Positions 1 to 13,506 are shown, counted from the first letter of the stretch. The stretch is 37,112 nucleotides of DNA from Chloroflexales bacterium (GCA_013336035.1 JAAXUL010000001.1:1-37112), one strand, 5' to 3'. The notes: generated by a model from the letters alone, not told the origin. Program-made: numbers and translations.

Positions 1-1
1 C

Positions 2-877
2 ACGCTGATCGACTTCAACAAGGTCGACCCGCCCGCCACGCCGCTGGTCGCGATCTATCCGAAAGAGGGCACCTTCTGGCACGATGACCCATTCATCGTG
101 CTGAGCAGCGCCAGCGCGGAGGAGCGGCAGGCGGCGGACCTGTTCTACAAATTCCTGCTCGGCGATGAGGCCCAGCGCTCGGCGATGGGCTTCGGCTTCC
201 GCCCGGCTAATATCAATGTGCCCCTGGCCGACCCGATCAGCGCGGCCTATGGGGTCGACCCCACCGGCGTGCAGACCATCCTCGAGGTGCCTACGGCTGA
301 GGTGATCGTGGCCGCCAAGAACGCCTGGTCGGTCAACCGCAAGCGGGCCGATATTATGCTCGTGGTCGACACCTCGGGCTCGATGGAGGGCGAGAAGCTG
401 TCGCTTGTCCAGGCGGGCCTGGCAACCTTCCTGATGCGCATCCTGCCCGAGGACCGGGTCGGCCTGATCACCTTCGACTCGGAGGCCCGGGTCGTGACGC
501 CCCTGGCGCCCCTGCAAGAGAACCGCGACCAGATCCAGGACGCGGTGGGCTCGATGCGGGCCCGCGGCAAGACGGCGGTGTTCGACGCCCTTGATCTGGC
601 ACGGCGCGAGATCGAGGCGCTGCCGCCTAGTGAGGACGACCGTATCAGCGCGATTGTCTTGCTCTCGGACGGCGCCGACAATTCGAGCTCGGCCACGCTC
701 GACCAGCTCCGCGCCAGCTTTGACGAGTCGGGGATCAGCATCTTCCCCGTGGCCTACGGCGCCGACGCCGACGTGACTATTGTCGAGGCCATCGCCGACT
801 TCTCGCGCACCATGGTGGTCAAGGGAGACACCGGCGACATCGCCCAGATCTTCGAGAATCTGAGCCGTTATTTCTGA
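2..877 (+). CDS. VWA (von Willebrand factor type A) domain protein, 5'-truncated by the window edge
   Basis: The frame is open from nt 2 (TLIDFNKVDPPATPLVAIYPKEGTFWHDDPFIV...), so the ORF listed at 98 is only the internal part. MIDAS-like DTSGSM, LLSDGADN and a VWA-like beta/alpha pattern; stop at 875-877. Confidence 0.8.
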   Translation, partial: TLIDFNKVDPPATPLVAIYPKEGTFWHDDPFIVLSSASAEERQAADLFYKFLLGDEAQRSAMGFGFRPANINVPLADPISAAYGVDPTGVQTILEVPTAEVIVAAKNAWSVNRKRADIMLVVDTSGSMEGEKLSLVQAGLATFLMRILPEDRVGLITFDSEARVVTPLAPLQENRDQIQDAVGSMRARGKTAVFDALDLARREIEALPPSEDDRISAIVLLSDGADNSSSATLDQLRASFDESGISIFPVAYGADADVTIVEAIADFSRTMVVKGDTGDIAQIFENLSRYF

Positions 878-912
878 CCGGGCAAGTTTCACCCAACTGC
901 AAGCTATGCCAC

Positions 913-942
913 TTGACAGGGGGCCCGCTAGCGCCATAGGAT
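913..942 (+). promoter_or_regulatory. Candidate sigma70-type promoter (TTGACA-N18-TAGGAT) upstream of the histidine kinase
   Basis: TTGACA at 913-918 and TAGGAT at 937-942, read directly. Lies between the VWA stop and the kinase start. Confidence 0.4.
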
Positions 943-980
943 GGGCGAGTGGTGTCAGAGATGGGCCCCACCCCTGAACG

Positions 981-2459
<1,479 letters not shown>

Positions 2460-2473
2460 ACTATGTAATGTTG

Positions 2474-2482
2474 TGCTATACT
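2474..2482 (+). promoter_or_regulatory. Candidate extended -10 promoter element (TGcTATACT) ahead of the receiver gene
   Basis: TGCTATACT read at 2474-2482. The same 12-mer, ttgtgctatact, recurs upstream of eno at about 12130. Confidence 0.35.
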
Positions 2483-2527
2483 GCCGGTCCTTGCAATACT
2501 ATGGGAGGGCCGGATCAGGATGTGGCT

Positions 2528-2899
2528 ATGGCGCGAGTGCTGCTGGTCGACGATGTCTATACAGCTCGCTCGATGGTCGAGCGCGTGCTGTCGCGGGTCG
2601 GGGGATACGAGGTGCGGTCGGTGGGTAGCGGCGCCGAGGCAGTGGCCGTAGCTCTGGCAACGCCGCCCGATGTGATCATTCTCGACATCAGCATGGCCGG
2701 CATGGACGGCCCCACGACGCTGCGCGAGCTACGCGCCCGTGGTGTCACCTGTCCGATCGTCGCCTACACAGCGCGCAGCGAGCGGCGCCCCGGCGAGTTT
2801 GTCGCCCAGGGGTTCGACGCCTATATCTCGAAGAACGGGAACCTGGGCGATCTGCTCACGCGGGTGCGCGAGATAGTTGGGACTGACTCGGCGGGGTAG
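2528..2899 (+). CDS. Stand-alone response regulator receiver (CheY-like) protein
   Basis: RVLLVDDV acidic pocket, VIILDISMAGMDG phospho-acceptor region, conserved T (VAYTA) and K (ISKN); no output domain. The track ORF starts at 2468; ATG 2528 (or ATG 2501) is more likely. Confidence 0.85.
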   Translation: MARVLLVDDVYTARSMVERVLSRVGGYEVRSVGSGAEAVAVALATPPDVIILDISMAGMDGPTTLRELRARGVTCPIVAYTARSERRPGEFVAQGFDAYISKNGNLGDLLTRVREIVGTDSAG

Positions 2900-3005
2900 C
2901 CGCGCCGAAGCCAGGTCGGGTGTTTGTGCCTGATGGCTCAATGAATTCAATCCGAAAACGGGGTTCTTTTACAAAACATAGATCCGATAGGTCATATACT
3001 TTGTA

Positions 3006-3034
3006 TTAACAAAATCCGCTGCTTGTAGTAGAAT
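3006..3034 (+). promoter_or_regulatory. Candidate sigma70-type promoter (TTAACA-N17-TAGAAT)
   Basis: Hexamers read at 3006-3011 and 3029-3034 inside an AT-rich island. It would give a roughly 190-nt leader before the ATG at 3229. Confidence 0.45.
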
Positions 3035-3228
3035 ATAGGTGTGTCCTCACGGCGTCCGCATTGCTGAAAAGAATGTCGCCTCCCGCTGTGCGAGAACGCC
3101 GCCTTTGCTCGTTAGTTTAAGTCCCGCGTCAGACTTGGGGGGCGTAGCGAGTATGGGCGTGCCAGTCTCTTCACTAGACGACTCTCCCGGCCGCGCGCGT
3201 CGCCGAATCTTTTTGAGTGGAGGCTATT

Positions 3229-3489
3229 ATGGTTGACCTGAAGAAGTATACGCTGGACGTCGATCTGAAGCAGGGCGTGGTTCCGATCTCGAAGGCGGCC
3301 TCGTCGCTGGCCGCCCTGATCAAGCGCTCGCGCGCGAACCATCAGCCCATTATTGTCACCCAGAAGGGCTATCCGACCGGGGTGATCCTCGACGTTGAGC
3401 TATTCACGGCCCTGCGCCAACTCGCCGACCTGCACATCGAGGAGGGCGAGGAGGTCGAGGTCGTCACCGACGAAGTGACCGACAAGTAG
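3229..3489 (+). CDS. Phd/YefM-family type II antitoxin-like protein (no adjacent toxin)
   Basis: ISKAASSLAALIKRSRANHQPIIVTQKGYPTGVILDVELFTAL fits the Phd/YefM N-terminal fold pattern, followed by an acidic C-tail. GGAGG lies 7 nt upstream of ATG 3229. Confidence 0.55.
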   Translation: MVDLKKYTLDVDLKQGVVPISKAASSLAALIKRSRANHQPIIVTQKGYPTGVILDVELFTALRQLADLHIEEGEEVEVVTDEVTDK

Positions 3490-3508
3490 CTCTAATATAG
3501 ACTGATAG

Positions 3509-3557
3509 CGCACGAGGGGTGCGGGCCCAAGCCCGTAACCTTCGTGCGTTTTATTTT
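3509..3557 (+). terminator. Rho-independent terminator-like hairpin with a T-tract
   Basis: cgcacgagg...ccttcgtgcg stem enclosing an inner gggc/gccc stem, followed by ttttatttt (3549-3557). Confidence 0.6.
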
Positions 3558-3580
3558 GTATTGCCGCGTCACGATCGCCC

Positions 3581-3609
3581 TTGCGGCGGTGCTTAAAGAG
3601 TGATATACT
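3581..3609 (+). promoter_or_regulatory. Candidate promoter (TTGCGG-N17-TATACT) for the MarR gene
   Basis: Hexamers read at 3581-3586 and 3604-3609, about 45 nt upstream of ATG 3656. Confidence 0.4.
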
Positions 3610-3655
3610 CAAGGTTATAGATTATCAGTAGGGTCGAGGAACGTCAGGACTACCT

Positions 3656-4159
3656 ATGACCCAGGTGCATCGCGAGCAGCCGCCCCGAGCTGAGCGCACC
3701 GCGCTCGAAGAGATCGAGCGCTCGATCATGCAGATCAGCTGGCTGGCCCAGCGCCAGTTCATGCAGCTCCTCGACGAGGATCGCTTTCGCATGACGCTGC
3801 CGCAGTTCTATACCTTGCTCCACCTCGAGCAGACCAACGAGGCCTGCAAGATGTCGGACCTGGCTGAGGCGACCCACCAGTCGGCGGCCTCGCTTACCGG
3901 CGTCGTCGACCGCCTGCGCGACAAGCAGCTGATCGAGCGCCTCCGTGACGAGAAGGACCGGCGCCAGGTGATGGTGGCCGTCACGCCGCAGGGCCGCGAG
4001 CTGATCACAGAGATCAAGCAGGCCCGGCGCGAGCAGATGCAGATGGCCCTTGCCCATCTGCTCGAGCCCGAGGTAGAGGCCCTGATCCTACTGCTCGACC
4101 GGGTGCTCGCGGGCATGGTCCGCGCCCTCGAGCGGGCAGAGAACGGCAGGCTGGCCTAG
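3656..4159 (+). CDS. MarR-family transcriptional regulator
   Basis: Winged-HTH pattern: LPQFYTLLHL...MSDLAEATHQSAASLTGVVDRLRDKQLIERLRDEKDRRQVMVAVTPQGREL, the typical MarR wing DRR motif. Confidence 0.85.
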   Translation: MTQVHREQPPRAERTALEEIERSIMQISWLAQRQFMQLLDEDRFRMTLPQFYTLLHLEQTNEACKMSDLAEATHQSAASLTGVVDRLRDKQLIERLRDEKDRRQVMVAVTPQGRELITEIKQARREQMQMALAHLLEPEVEALILLLDRVLAGMVRALERAENGRLA

Positions 4160-4224
4160 GAATGTATAACGTACATGCAGGGTGTAAGGCATGGGCTGGT
4201 CGGCGCGACGGCGCGCGGATCTGG

Positions 4225-4245
4225 CTCGATACATTCTCGATACAT
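4225..4245 (+). promoter_or_regulatory. Direct repeat ctcgatacat x2 with 11-bp period, possible operator upstream of lon
   Basis: ctcgatacat at 4225-4234 and 4236-4245, immediately upstream of the candidate lon -35 element. Confidence 0.3.
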
Positions 4246-4251
4246 GAGTGA

Positions 4252-4280
4252 TCGACACTGTAGAGCATTGCTGACATTAA
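4252..4280 (+). promoter_or_regulatory. Candidate promoter (TCGACA-N17-CATTAA) for lon
   Basis: Hexamers read at 4252-4257 and 4275-4280. GTGAGGAA Shine-Dalgarno-like sequence precedes ATG 4294. Confidence 0.3.
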
Positions 4281-4293
4281 GTGAGGAATCTTG

Positions 4294-6738
<2,445 letters not shown>

Positions 6739-6767
6739 CCTGGCCCGACAAGGCCCCTGGAGATAGA

Positions 6768-6797
6768 CGACGCCCCCCTTCTTGAAGGGGGGCGTCG
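6768..6797. terminator. Bidirectional terminator-like hairpin between the convergent lon and secreted-protein genes
   Basis: Perfect 11-bp stem cgacgcccccc/ggggggcgtcg with the 8-nt loop ttcttgaa. Confidence 0.55.
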
Positions 6798-6824
6798 CTG
6801 CGCGCCGGGGGCGATGGGGACGGC

Positions 6825-8423
6825 CTAGCGGATGGTGAAGGTGGCCACGGCGGTGAACTCAGTCCAGTGGCCGTAGTAGACGAGCGAGTAGGTGCCGGCG
6901 GGCAGGTCGGTGCTGTCGAGATCAATCGTCAGGCGGCCTTCGCTGTCGGCTCTGTAGGTCGGCTCGCCGGCGACGGTGCCGTCGGGCAGGTTGTACCAGA
7001 CGCCGACGGGCTCGTCGGGGGCGAACAGTACGCTGTCGAACGTGAAGGTGGCGCCGGCCTGCTCGCTGGCCGGGCTGACCTCGAGGTTGTAGAGGGCCGA
7101 GGTGCTGAGGGCAGGGCCCACGATGGTGAGCGGCTGGTTGCTGATGTGCTCGCCGCTGCCGGAGTTGTCGTGCCAGCGCACGGTGGCTCGGTCGAACAGA
7201 AGGGCGCCGTCGGCGGCGGTGGGCAGCACGCGGAAGCGCACCGTGCCAGTGACGACATCGGTCGTGCCGCTGCTGTCGCCGCCAAGGGTCCCCATCTCGA
7301 TGGTAAGAGCGTTGCTGATCGCAGAGCTGACCCATGCGCCGGGGCGGCTAAAGCTTGCGTCGAGCACGCTGAGCTCGGCAGGGTCGAAGGGCAGGGTGAC
7401 CGTGGTAGTATTCGACCGGCCAGAGGCATGGTTGGCAACGGCGACAGTCACCGCAATAATGCTGTCGGTCGTGGCGACGGCGGTCGGCTCGGGGCGGAGG
7501 ACCACGCTCACGTTGGCCTTTGACGGCGGTCGGTCGGTGTTGTCTGTGGTCGGCGGAGTAGGCGTAATGCCCAGATCGCTTGCCAGGCCGAAGGCGCCGA
7601 TGCAGCTGACGCTTGTGGTCGCGCCTGCGGCGAGGGTGCGGTTGTACTGCAGGCCGGCGGCGATATCGTGGAACGTCTCGTTGATCGTGTTGTTGTAGCC
7701 AGGGCCGCTCGAGCCATTGGCGCCGCCCATGGTCGCCCAGAAGGTGCTGTATATGGCCTCCTGGAAGGCGTCAGCATGGGTGACAGGGATGAAGACCTGG
7801 ACAGAGCGGTGATCCTCGGACAGGGCGCCCACGGCGCCAGTGCTCTCGTCGTAGATGCCGTAGCCTAAGTCGCTGATATTGCCGGGGAAGTTCAGATAGA
7901 GATCGGCACCGTGATAGATGCGGATCGCGTGCGAGGCGCTCCCCGTGTTTGCGAGCGACACGTCAACCAGGTAGGAGCTCTCGCCGTTGACGTAGCTGGT
8001 CGTCTGGGTAACGCGAACCCCGGTGTTGCCCGCCTGGGCAACGGTCACAATCTTGAACGGGTTCGCCTGGGTGCCGTCGCCTGAGACGGCGCTGTTAGAG
8101 ACAGCTGTATATGGCAGAGGGGCAAAGTTGCCAGAGGCCGGGGGATCACTGCCGTAGACCGTGTTATCAACCTGGACAAACGTCCCGCCGGCTGTGTCGG
8201 CGAAGAACTGGGTCGCGCCGTTGTATTTCACGATCATCGAGAGATCGCTCAACACACTAATGCTCAGAGGTGAGCCAGTGATGGTTGAGGCGGCGGCGGG
8301 GGTGGCCTGAAGCTCGCCGCCTTTCTCTTGCGCCATCGTAAGAGCTGCGGGGCTCCCCAGACAGAGCAAGAGCGCAAAGATCAGGGCCGAGATAGACGTC
8401 ATGGTCCGCGCATGTCTACTCAT
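6825..8423 (-). CDS. Secreted protein of unknown function (signal peptide; C-terminal module shared with the 8792-10453 paralog)
   Basis: N-terminal signal-like MTSISALIFALLLCLGSPAALTMAQE. AAGGAG precedes ATG 8423. The C-terminal ~220 aa (LPFDPAELSVLDASFSRPGAWVS...GVWYNLPDGTV...YYGHWTEFTAVATFTIR) align by eye with the neighbouring paralog. Confidence 0.8.
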   Translation of the reverse strand: MSRHARTMTSISALIFALLLCLGSPAALTMAQEKGGELQATPAAASTITGSPLSISVLSDLSMIVKYNGATQFFADTAGGTFVQVDNTVYGSDPPASGNFAPLPYTAVSNSAVSGDGTQANPFKIVTVAQAGNTGVRVTQTTSYVNGESSYLVDVSLANTGSASHAIRIYHGADLYLNFPGNISDLGYGIYDESTGAVGALSEDHRSVQVFIPVTHADAFQEAIYSTFWATMGGANGSSGPGYNNTINETFHDIAAGLQYNRTLAAGATTSVSCIGAFGLASDLGITPTPPTTDNTDRPPSKANVSVVLRPEPTAVATTDSIIAVTVAVANHASGRSNTTTVTLPFDPAELSVLDASFSRPGAWVSSAISNALTIEMGTLGGDSSGTTDVVTGTVRFRVLPTAADGALLFDRATVRWHDNSGSGEHISNQPLTIVGPALSTSALYNLEVSPASEQAGATFTFDSVLFAPDEPVGVWYNLPDGTVAGEPTYRADSEGRLTIDLDSTDLPAGTYSLVYYGHWTEFTAVATFTIR

Positions 8424-8683
8424 TCAACACTGCTCCTTCATGGTCCTGCGGTGATGGCAGGGGCGAGGTATGGGAGCGTAGGCTCAGGCGTTGCCGGCGC
8501 GCGGGCGGCCTGGGCATACGAGGAGGGTGCCATGTCTTATTGCAATGATTGCTGAGTGGCTTGCCCATATGGCAGTTGCCTGTGCGGAAGCTATGCCCTG
8601 ATGGTTGAGGTTAAGACAAATGAAAAATATGTTATTTAGAGTTTAAAAGTAAAATAAATTCATAAGCTCTGCCGTGGTGAATT

Positions 8684-8713
8684 ATAGTAGCATAGAGCGC
8701 ACATAGTTGTCAA
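8684..8713 (-). promoter_or_regulatory. Candidate promoter (TTGACA-N18-TACTAT) for the 6825-8423 gene, implying a ~250-nt AT-rich leader
   Basis: The reverse complement reads ttgaca-actatgtgcgctctatgc-tactat. It sits just downstream of the terminator hairpin of the preceding gene. Confidence 0.4.
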
Positions 8714-8738
8714 TCAATACCTCGACCCGGGGTGCAGC

Positions 8739-8765
8739 GCCCCCGCTCGGCAGCCGAGCGGGGGC
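8739..8765 (-). terminator. Terminator-like hairpin downstream of the 8792-10453 gene
   Basis: 11-bp stem gcccccgctcg/cgagcgggggc with a 5-nt loop. Confidence 0.5.
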
Positions 8766-8791
8766 ATTGCAGGCGAGTTATCGGGACGGGG

Positions 8792-10453
8792 CTACTTGGT
8801 GATAGTGAAGGGCACAACGGCGGTGAACTCGGACCAGTGGCCATAGAGGACAAACGAGTAGTCGCCGGGGGGCAGGTCGCTAGGGGTCTCAAACTCGGTC
8901 ACGATGCTGCCATCCTTGGCGGCCCGGAAGGTCTCGGCCTCTTCGCCGACGGTGCCGTCAGGCTTGTTATACCAGACACCGATGGGCTCGTTGGGGGCGA
9001 AGATGCCGCTCGAGAAGGTGAAGGTGCTGCCGGCCACGGCCGCGGGCGTGTCGACGCTGAGGGTGTAGGTGGGGCGGTGGTCGATGCTGTCGGCGACGGC
9101 CAGGATGGTGGTGTTGCTCAGGCCGGTGCCGCCGTCGGTGCCGTCGGCCCAGCGGTACGAGAGCTGGCTGCTGAGGTCGGTGCCGGGGGCGAGCGTCTCG
9201 ACTACCTGCATGCGCAGGGTGCCGGTGATGATGGTGTCGGCGCCGATCGGCCCGGTATTGATCGTGAGCGAGTCGGTCAGCACCTTGCTGACCCAGGCCT
9301 TCGCGGTGCTGAAGGTGGCGTCGATGACGCGCACCTCGGCGGGGTCGAAGGGCACAGTGATCGTGACGTCTTTGGCGTGGCCCTTATCGTAATTGCCCAC
9401 TACGATCTCGGTGCTGATGATGCTGCCGGGGGTGGTGCCGTGGTTGGCGGTGGGGCGCTGGACGACATAGATCAGCGCTGAATTCTTGGCGACCCGCTCG
9501 CTCTCGGGCAGCACAGGCGGCCCGGGCAGGCTCGGCGGCGCGGCGCCGGCAGGCAGGTTGATCGCCGCGACGATCAGCGAGAGGCAGTCCTCATCCGCGT
9601 TGACCGCAGCGCCTGAGGTGAGGGCCAGGGTACTCGTGCCGGGGGTAAGGGCGCTGGTAATATCAAACGACTTGATATCCCACAGTCCGCCGCTGGTGTT
9701 GCTGGCGCTGGCCCCGTTAGGGACGCTATTACCGCTAAAGATGGCCCCGCGCGCGGCCAGGGTCGTGCCGTTGAGCACCAGGGCAGGATCGTTGTATTCG
9801 GTGATCGCCGATGGTGCCTGGCCGTCGCTCACGTGTAGCTGGATGCTGGCGCTACCAGAGCTGTAGGTGATGCCGGGGAGGTTCACGTTCCAGCCCGATG
9901 CGTCGTAGGTGTTGTCGAAGTTCGAGTCGTTTCCGTCGAAGAGGACGATGTCGCGGTTGTTCGTGGCGTCGCCGTCATCGTAGAAGACGATGAGCGAGAC
10001 ACCATTAATATCGGCCGAGCTCTTCGTGAAGTTCGCGAGGGCGTAGCTGCCATTGCCGGCGACCTGCGAGGTCACATCGGCGCGGTAGGCCTGGCTATTA
10101 GAGAAACCCCAGCAGTTATCAGAGGAGAAACCGATGTTTGTGCCGGTGACTGTCGCGCCGCCGAAGGAGACGCTAGCGTTGGCAGTGGCGTTGGTTGAGT
10201 TGGTCGGCCCTTGCCAGTAAAGTAGCGCCTGGAGTACTGTGCCCGAGACCCCCGAGAGAGAGATTGATCCGGTGCCAGTGGTACGCATGCCGCCGTATCC
10301 GGCACTCGCCACATCGACGTTGGCGATGATGCGGTACGGCTGAATGTCGTTTGCTAGGGCTTGCTGTGGGGAGCCGCTCATCCCGGCGCAGAGAACGATC
10401 AACATGATCAGCGCGGACACGAGTCGTCCTGGACTCCAGCGGGAGCTAGTCAT
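8792..10453 (-). CDS. Secreted protein of unknown function, paralog (C-terminal module) of 6825-8423
   Basis: Signal-like LVSALIMLIVLCAGMSGSPQQALA. GAGGAG precedes ATG 10453 (the track start is TTG 10471). Distinct N-terminal domain (YWQGPTNSTNATANASVSFGG..., FYDDGDATNNRDIVLFDGNDS). Shared C-terminus VPFDPAEVRVIDATFSTAKAWVS...GVWYNKPDGTV...LYGHWSEFTAVVPFTITK. Confidence 0.8.
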   Translation of the reverse strand: MTSSRWSPGRLVSALIMLIVLCAGMSGSPQQALANDIQPYRIIANVDVASAGYGGMRTTGTGSISLSGVSGTVLQALLYWQGPTNSTNATANASVSFGGATVTGTNIGFSSDNCWGFSNSQAYRADVTSQVAGNGSYALANFTKSSADINGVSLIVFYDDGDATNNRDIVLFDGNDSNFDNTYDASGWNVNLPGITYSSGSASIQLHVSDGQAPSAITEYNDPALVLNGTTLAARGAIFSGNSVPNGASASNTSGGLWDIKSFDITSALTPGTSTLALTSGAAVNADEDCLSLIVAAINLPAGAAPPSLPGPPVLPESERVAKNSALIYVVQRPTANHGTTPGSIISTEIVVGNYDKGHAKDVTITVPFDPAEVRVIDATFSTAKAWVSKVLTDSLTINTGPIGADTIITGTLRMQVVETLAPGTDLSSQLSYRWADGTDGGTGLSNTTILAVADSIDHRPTYTLSVDTPAAVAGSTFTFSSGIFAPNEPIGVWYNKPDGTVGEEAETFRAAKDGSIVTEFETPSDLPPGDYSFVLYGHWSEFTAVVPFTITK

Positions 10454-10746
10454 AGCTTCAGGTCTCCTCAAAGTCTACTCGGTGATCGATGAGTATGGGG
10501 TGAGATATACTTTGTAATAGCTCTAAAAATAGAGCTGATCTCACCTGGAAAAAGTGAAGGTTAGTATTGTGAGTAGATGAGTCTGGGCACCTCCATTCAT
10601 ATTACAGAGTTTTAACCATTGGGGCCGCCCGCGCATGAGCTTGAAGCTACGTGCAGATGCTTCATGCCACACTGCAAAGCTCCGCGTAAATTACCTTACT
10701 CAACTAAAGAAAAGAAGAATAACTTTTAAGCTGGAATATGCTCAGA

Positions 10747-10776
10747 ACAGTAGCACAAAAAAGACACCTTTGTCAA
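10747..10776 (-). promoter_or_regulatory. Candidate promoter (TTGACA-N18-TACTGT) for the 8792-10453 gene, implying a ~290-nt AT-rich leader
   Basis: The reverse complement reads ttgaca-aaggtgtcttttttgtgc-tactgt. Same architecture as the paralog's candidate promoter. Confidence 0.35.
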
Positions 10777-10849
10777 GCCGCATCCCCAGCGTTGGGTTGG
10801 GGTATACTGATGGCACGCAGCTCTCACCTGCAGCGAGGAGGTGTGCACA

Positions 10850-11767
10850 ATGTTTAAAGCGATCATGGTGCCCCTGGATGGCTCATCGATGGCCGAGCAG
10901 GCCCTGCCGATGGCGGCACGGGTCGCCCGGGCAACAGGGGCGGCTCTGCACCTGGTACATGTGCATGTGGCGGCGAGCCGCGACCCGATCTCGATCGAGG
11001 GGCTGCCCGTTGTAGACGAGGAGCTGCGCTCGCTGGCCGCCGAGCACGAGCGGGTCTACCTCGAGCGGGTGGCGGCGACAGTGGCCGGCGATAGGCTGCG
11101 CCCGATCGTGACGCGGCTCGATGGCGGCGTAGTGCATGTCCTCACCAGCTATGCGCGCGATATCCAGGCCGGCCTGATCATCATGACGACCCATGGGCGC
11201 AGCGGCTTTGCCCATCTCTGGCTGGGCAGCGTGGCCGAGGCTCTGGTGCGGGTGACCGGCACGCCGCTACTGCTGCTGCGGCCCAACGCGCAGGGTGTGC
11301 TTATCGATAGGCCCTTCAAGCGCGTGCTGATCCCCCTCGACGGCTCGCCTCTGGCCGAGGAGATCCTGTCCCACGCGGTGGCTCTGGCCAGCCTCGACGG
11401 CGGCGAGGTGGTGGCCCTGCGCGTGATCGATACCTTGCCCGTGCCCGCCGCGATGCCATTCCATGAGCGCTTCCGCATCGACGAGGGTACCCTGGCGCGC
11501 GAGCGGGCCGAGGCCGAGCTGTACCTCCAGCGGGTTGTGGCTAAGCTGGCGCCTGCCATTGTCCACCCGCGGGTGATCGACGCCGAGCAGCCGGCGCGGG
11601 CCATCCTCGAGACCGCCACGGCGGTCGGCGCCGACCTGGTGGCCGTCACGACCCACGGGCGCAGCGCCGTGACCCGCGTGCCGATCAGCAGTGTCACCGA
11701 TAAGGTGCTGCGCGCGGCGACCCAGCCGCTGCTCATCCTGCGCCCCGGGATGCACCACGTCGACTGA
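10850..11767 (+). CDS. Tandem universal stress protein (UspA) domain protein
   Basis: Two Usp-like halves, each starting (I/V)(M/L)VPLDGS / VLIPLDGSP and ending with the THGRSG / THGRSA ATP-binding-type motif. GAGGAGG lies 9 nt upstream of ATG 10850. Confidence 0.85.
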   Translation: MFKAIMVPLDGSSMAEQALPMAARVARATGAALHLVHVHVAASRDPISIEGLPVVDEELRSLAAEHERVYLERVAATVAGDRLRPIVTRLDGGVVHVLTSYARDIQAGLIIMTTHGRSGFAHLWLGSVAEALVRVTGTPLLLLRPNAQGVLIDRPFKRVLIPLDGSPLAEEILSHAVALASLDGGEVVALRVIDTLPVPAAMPFHERFRIDEGTLARERAEAELYLQRVVAKLAPAIVHPRVIDAEQPARAILETATAVGADLVAVTTHGRSAVTRVPISSVTDKVLRAATQPLLILRPGMHHVD

Positions 11768-11820
11768 GGGCGGGCCTGCCGGCTCGGGCGTAGCGAGGGG
11801 AGGGCAAGTCAGACGAAACA

Positions 11821-11854
11821 CAGCGCCCCGCTTCCTGTGAGAAGCGGGGCGCTG
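11821..11854. terminator. Terminator-like hairpin after the USP gene
   Basis: Perfect 14-bp stem cagcgccccgcttc/gaagcggggcgctg with the 6-nt loop ctgtga. Confidence 0.55.
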
Positions 11855-11896
11855 GTCTGTAGGCGCCCAGTGTGGGCGGCCCGGTGCGGGCCAGAG

Positions 11897-11956
11897 CTAC
11901 TTGGTGATGGTGAAGGGGATGACGGCGGTGAACTCGGTCCAATGGCTGTAGAAGAC
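11897..11956 (-). pseudogene. 3'-terminal remnant (19 codons + stop) of a third copy of the secreted-protein family
   Basis: The minus-strand frame reads VFYSHWTEFTAVIPFTITK*, against ...LYGHWSEFTAVVPFTITK* at the end of 8792-10453. DNA is near-identical over about 60 nt (ctacttggtgat.gtgaagg...). There is no similarity upstream, and the listed 89-aa ORF here is in another frame. Confidence 0.65.
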
Positions 11957-12057
11957 CTTCCTGGTATGTTGACGGGACCATGCCCGAGTGATGACGACCC
12001 ATAGTTGAGCTGTGATTAGAATAGCTCGGAAGCGAGGTGATTAAAGGATGATATTAA

Positions 12058-13485
<1,428 letters not shown>

Positions 13486-13506
13486 CAGGCCGGGCGCGCA
13501 ACCCGC

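Noticed and set aside
3041-3228. Possible riboswitch or small RNA in the leader upstream of the antitoxin-like gene
   Set aside because: I could not match it to any riboswitch consensus I know and found no convincing conserved stem architecture by eye. It is kept only as a low-interest note within the antitoxin finding.
10635-11015. 126-aa plus-strand ORF in the AT-rich region upstream of the USP gene
   Set aside because: Its composition is atypical for this genome's genes. It overlaps the real USP start (ATG 10850 with a strong Shine-Dalgarno sequence) out of frame, and it lies in what looks like the leader/promoter region of the divergent secreted-protein gene.
11733-12002. 89-aa minus-strand ORF between usp and eno
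   Set aside because: It is out of frame relative to the family-remnant reading (VFYSHWTEFTAVIPFTITK*). It spans a terminator hairpin and has no start context. The region is better explained as a gene remnant plus intergenic DNA.
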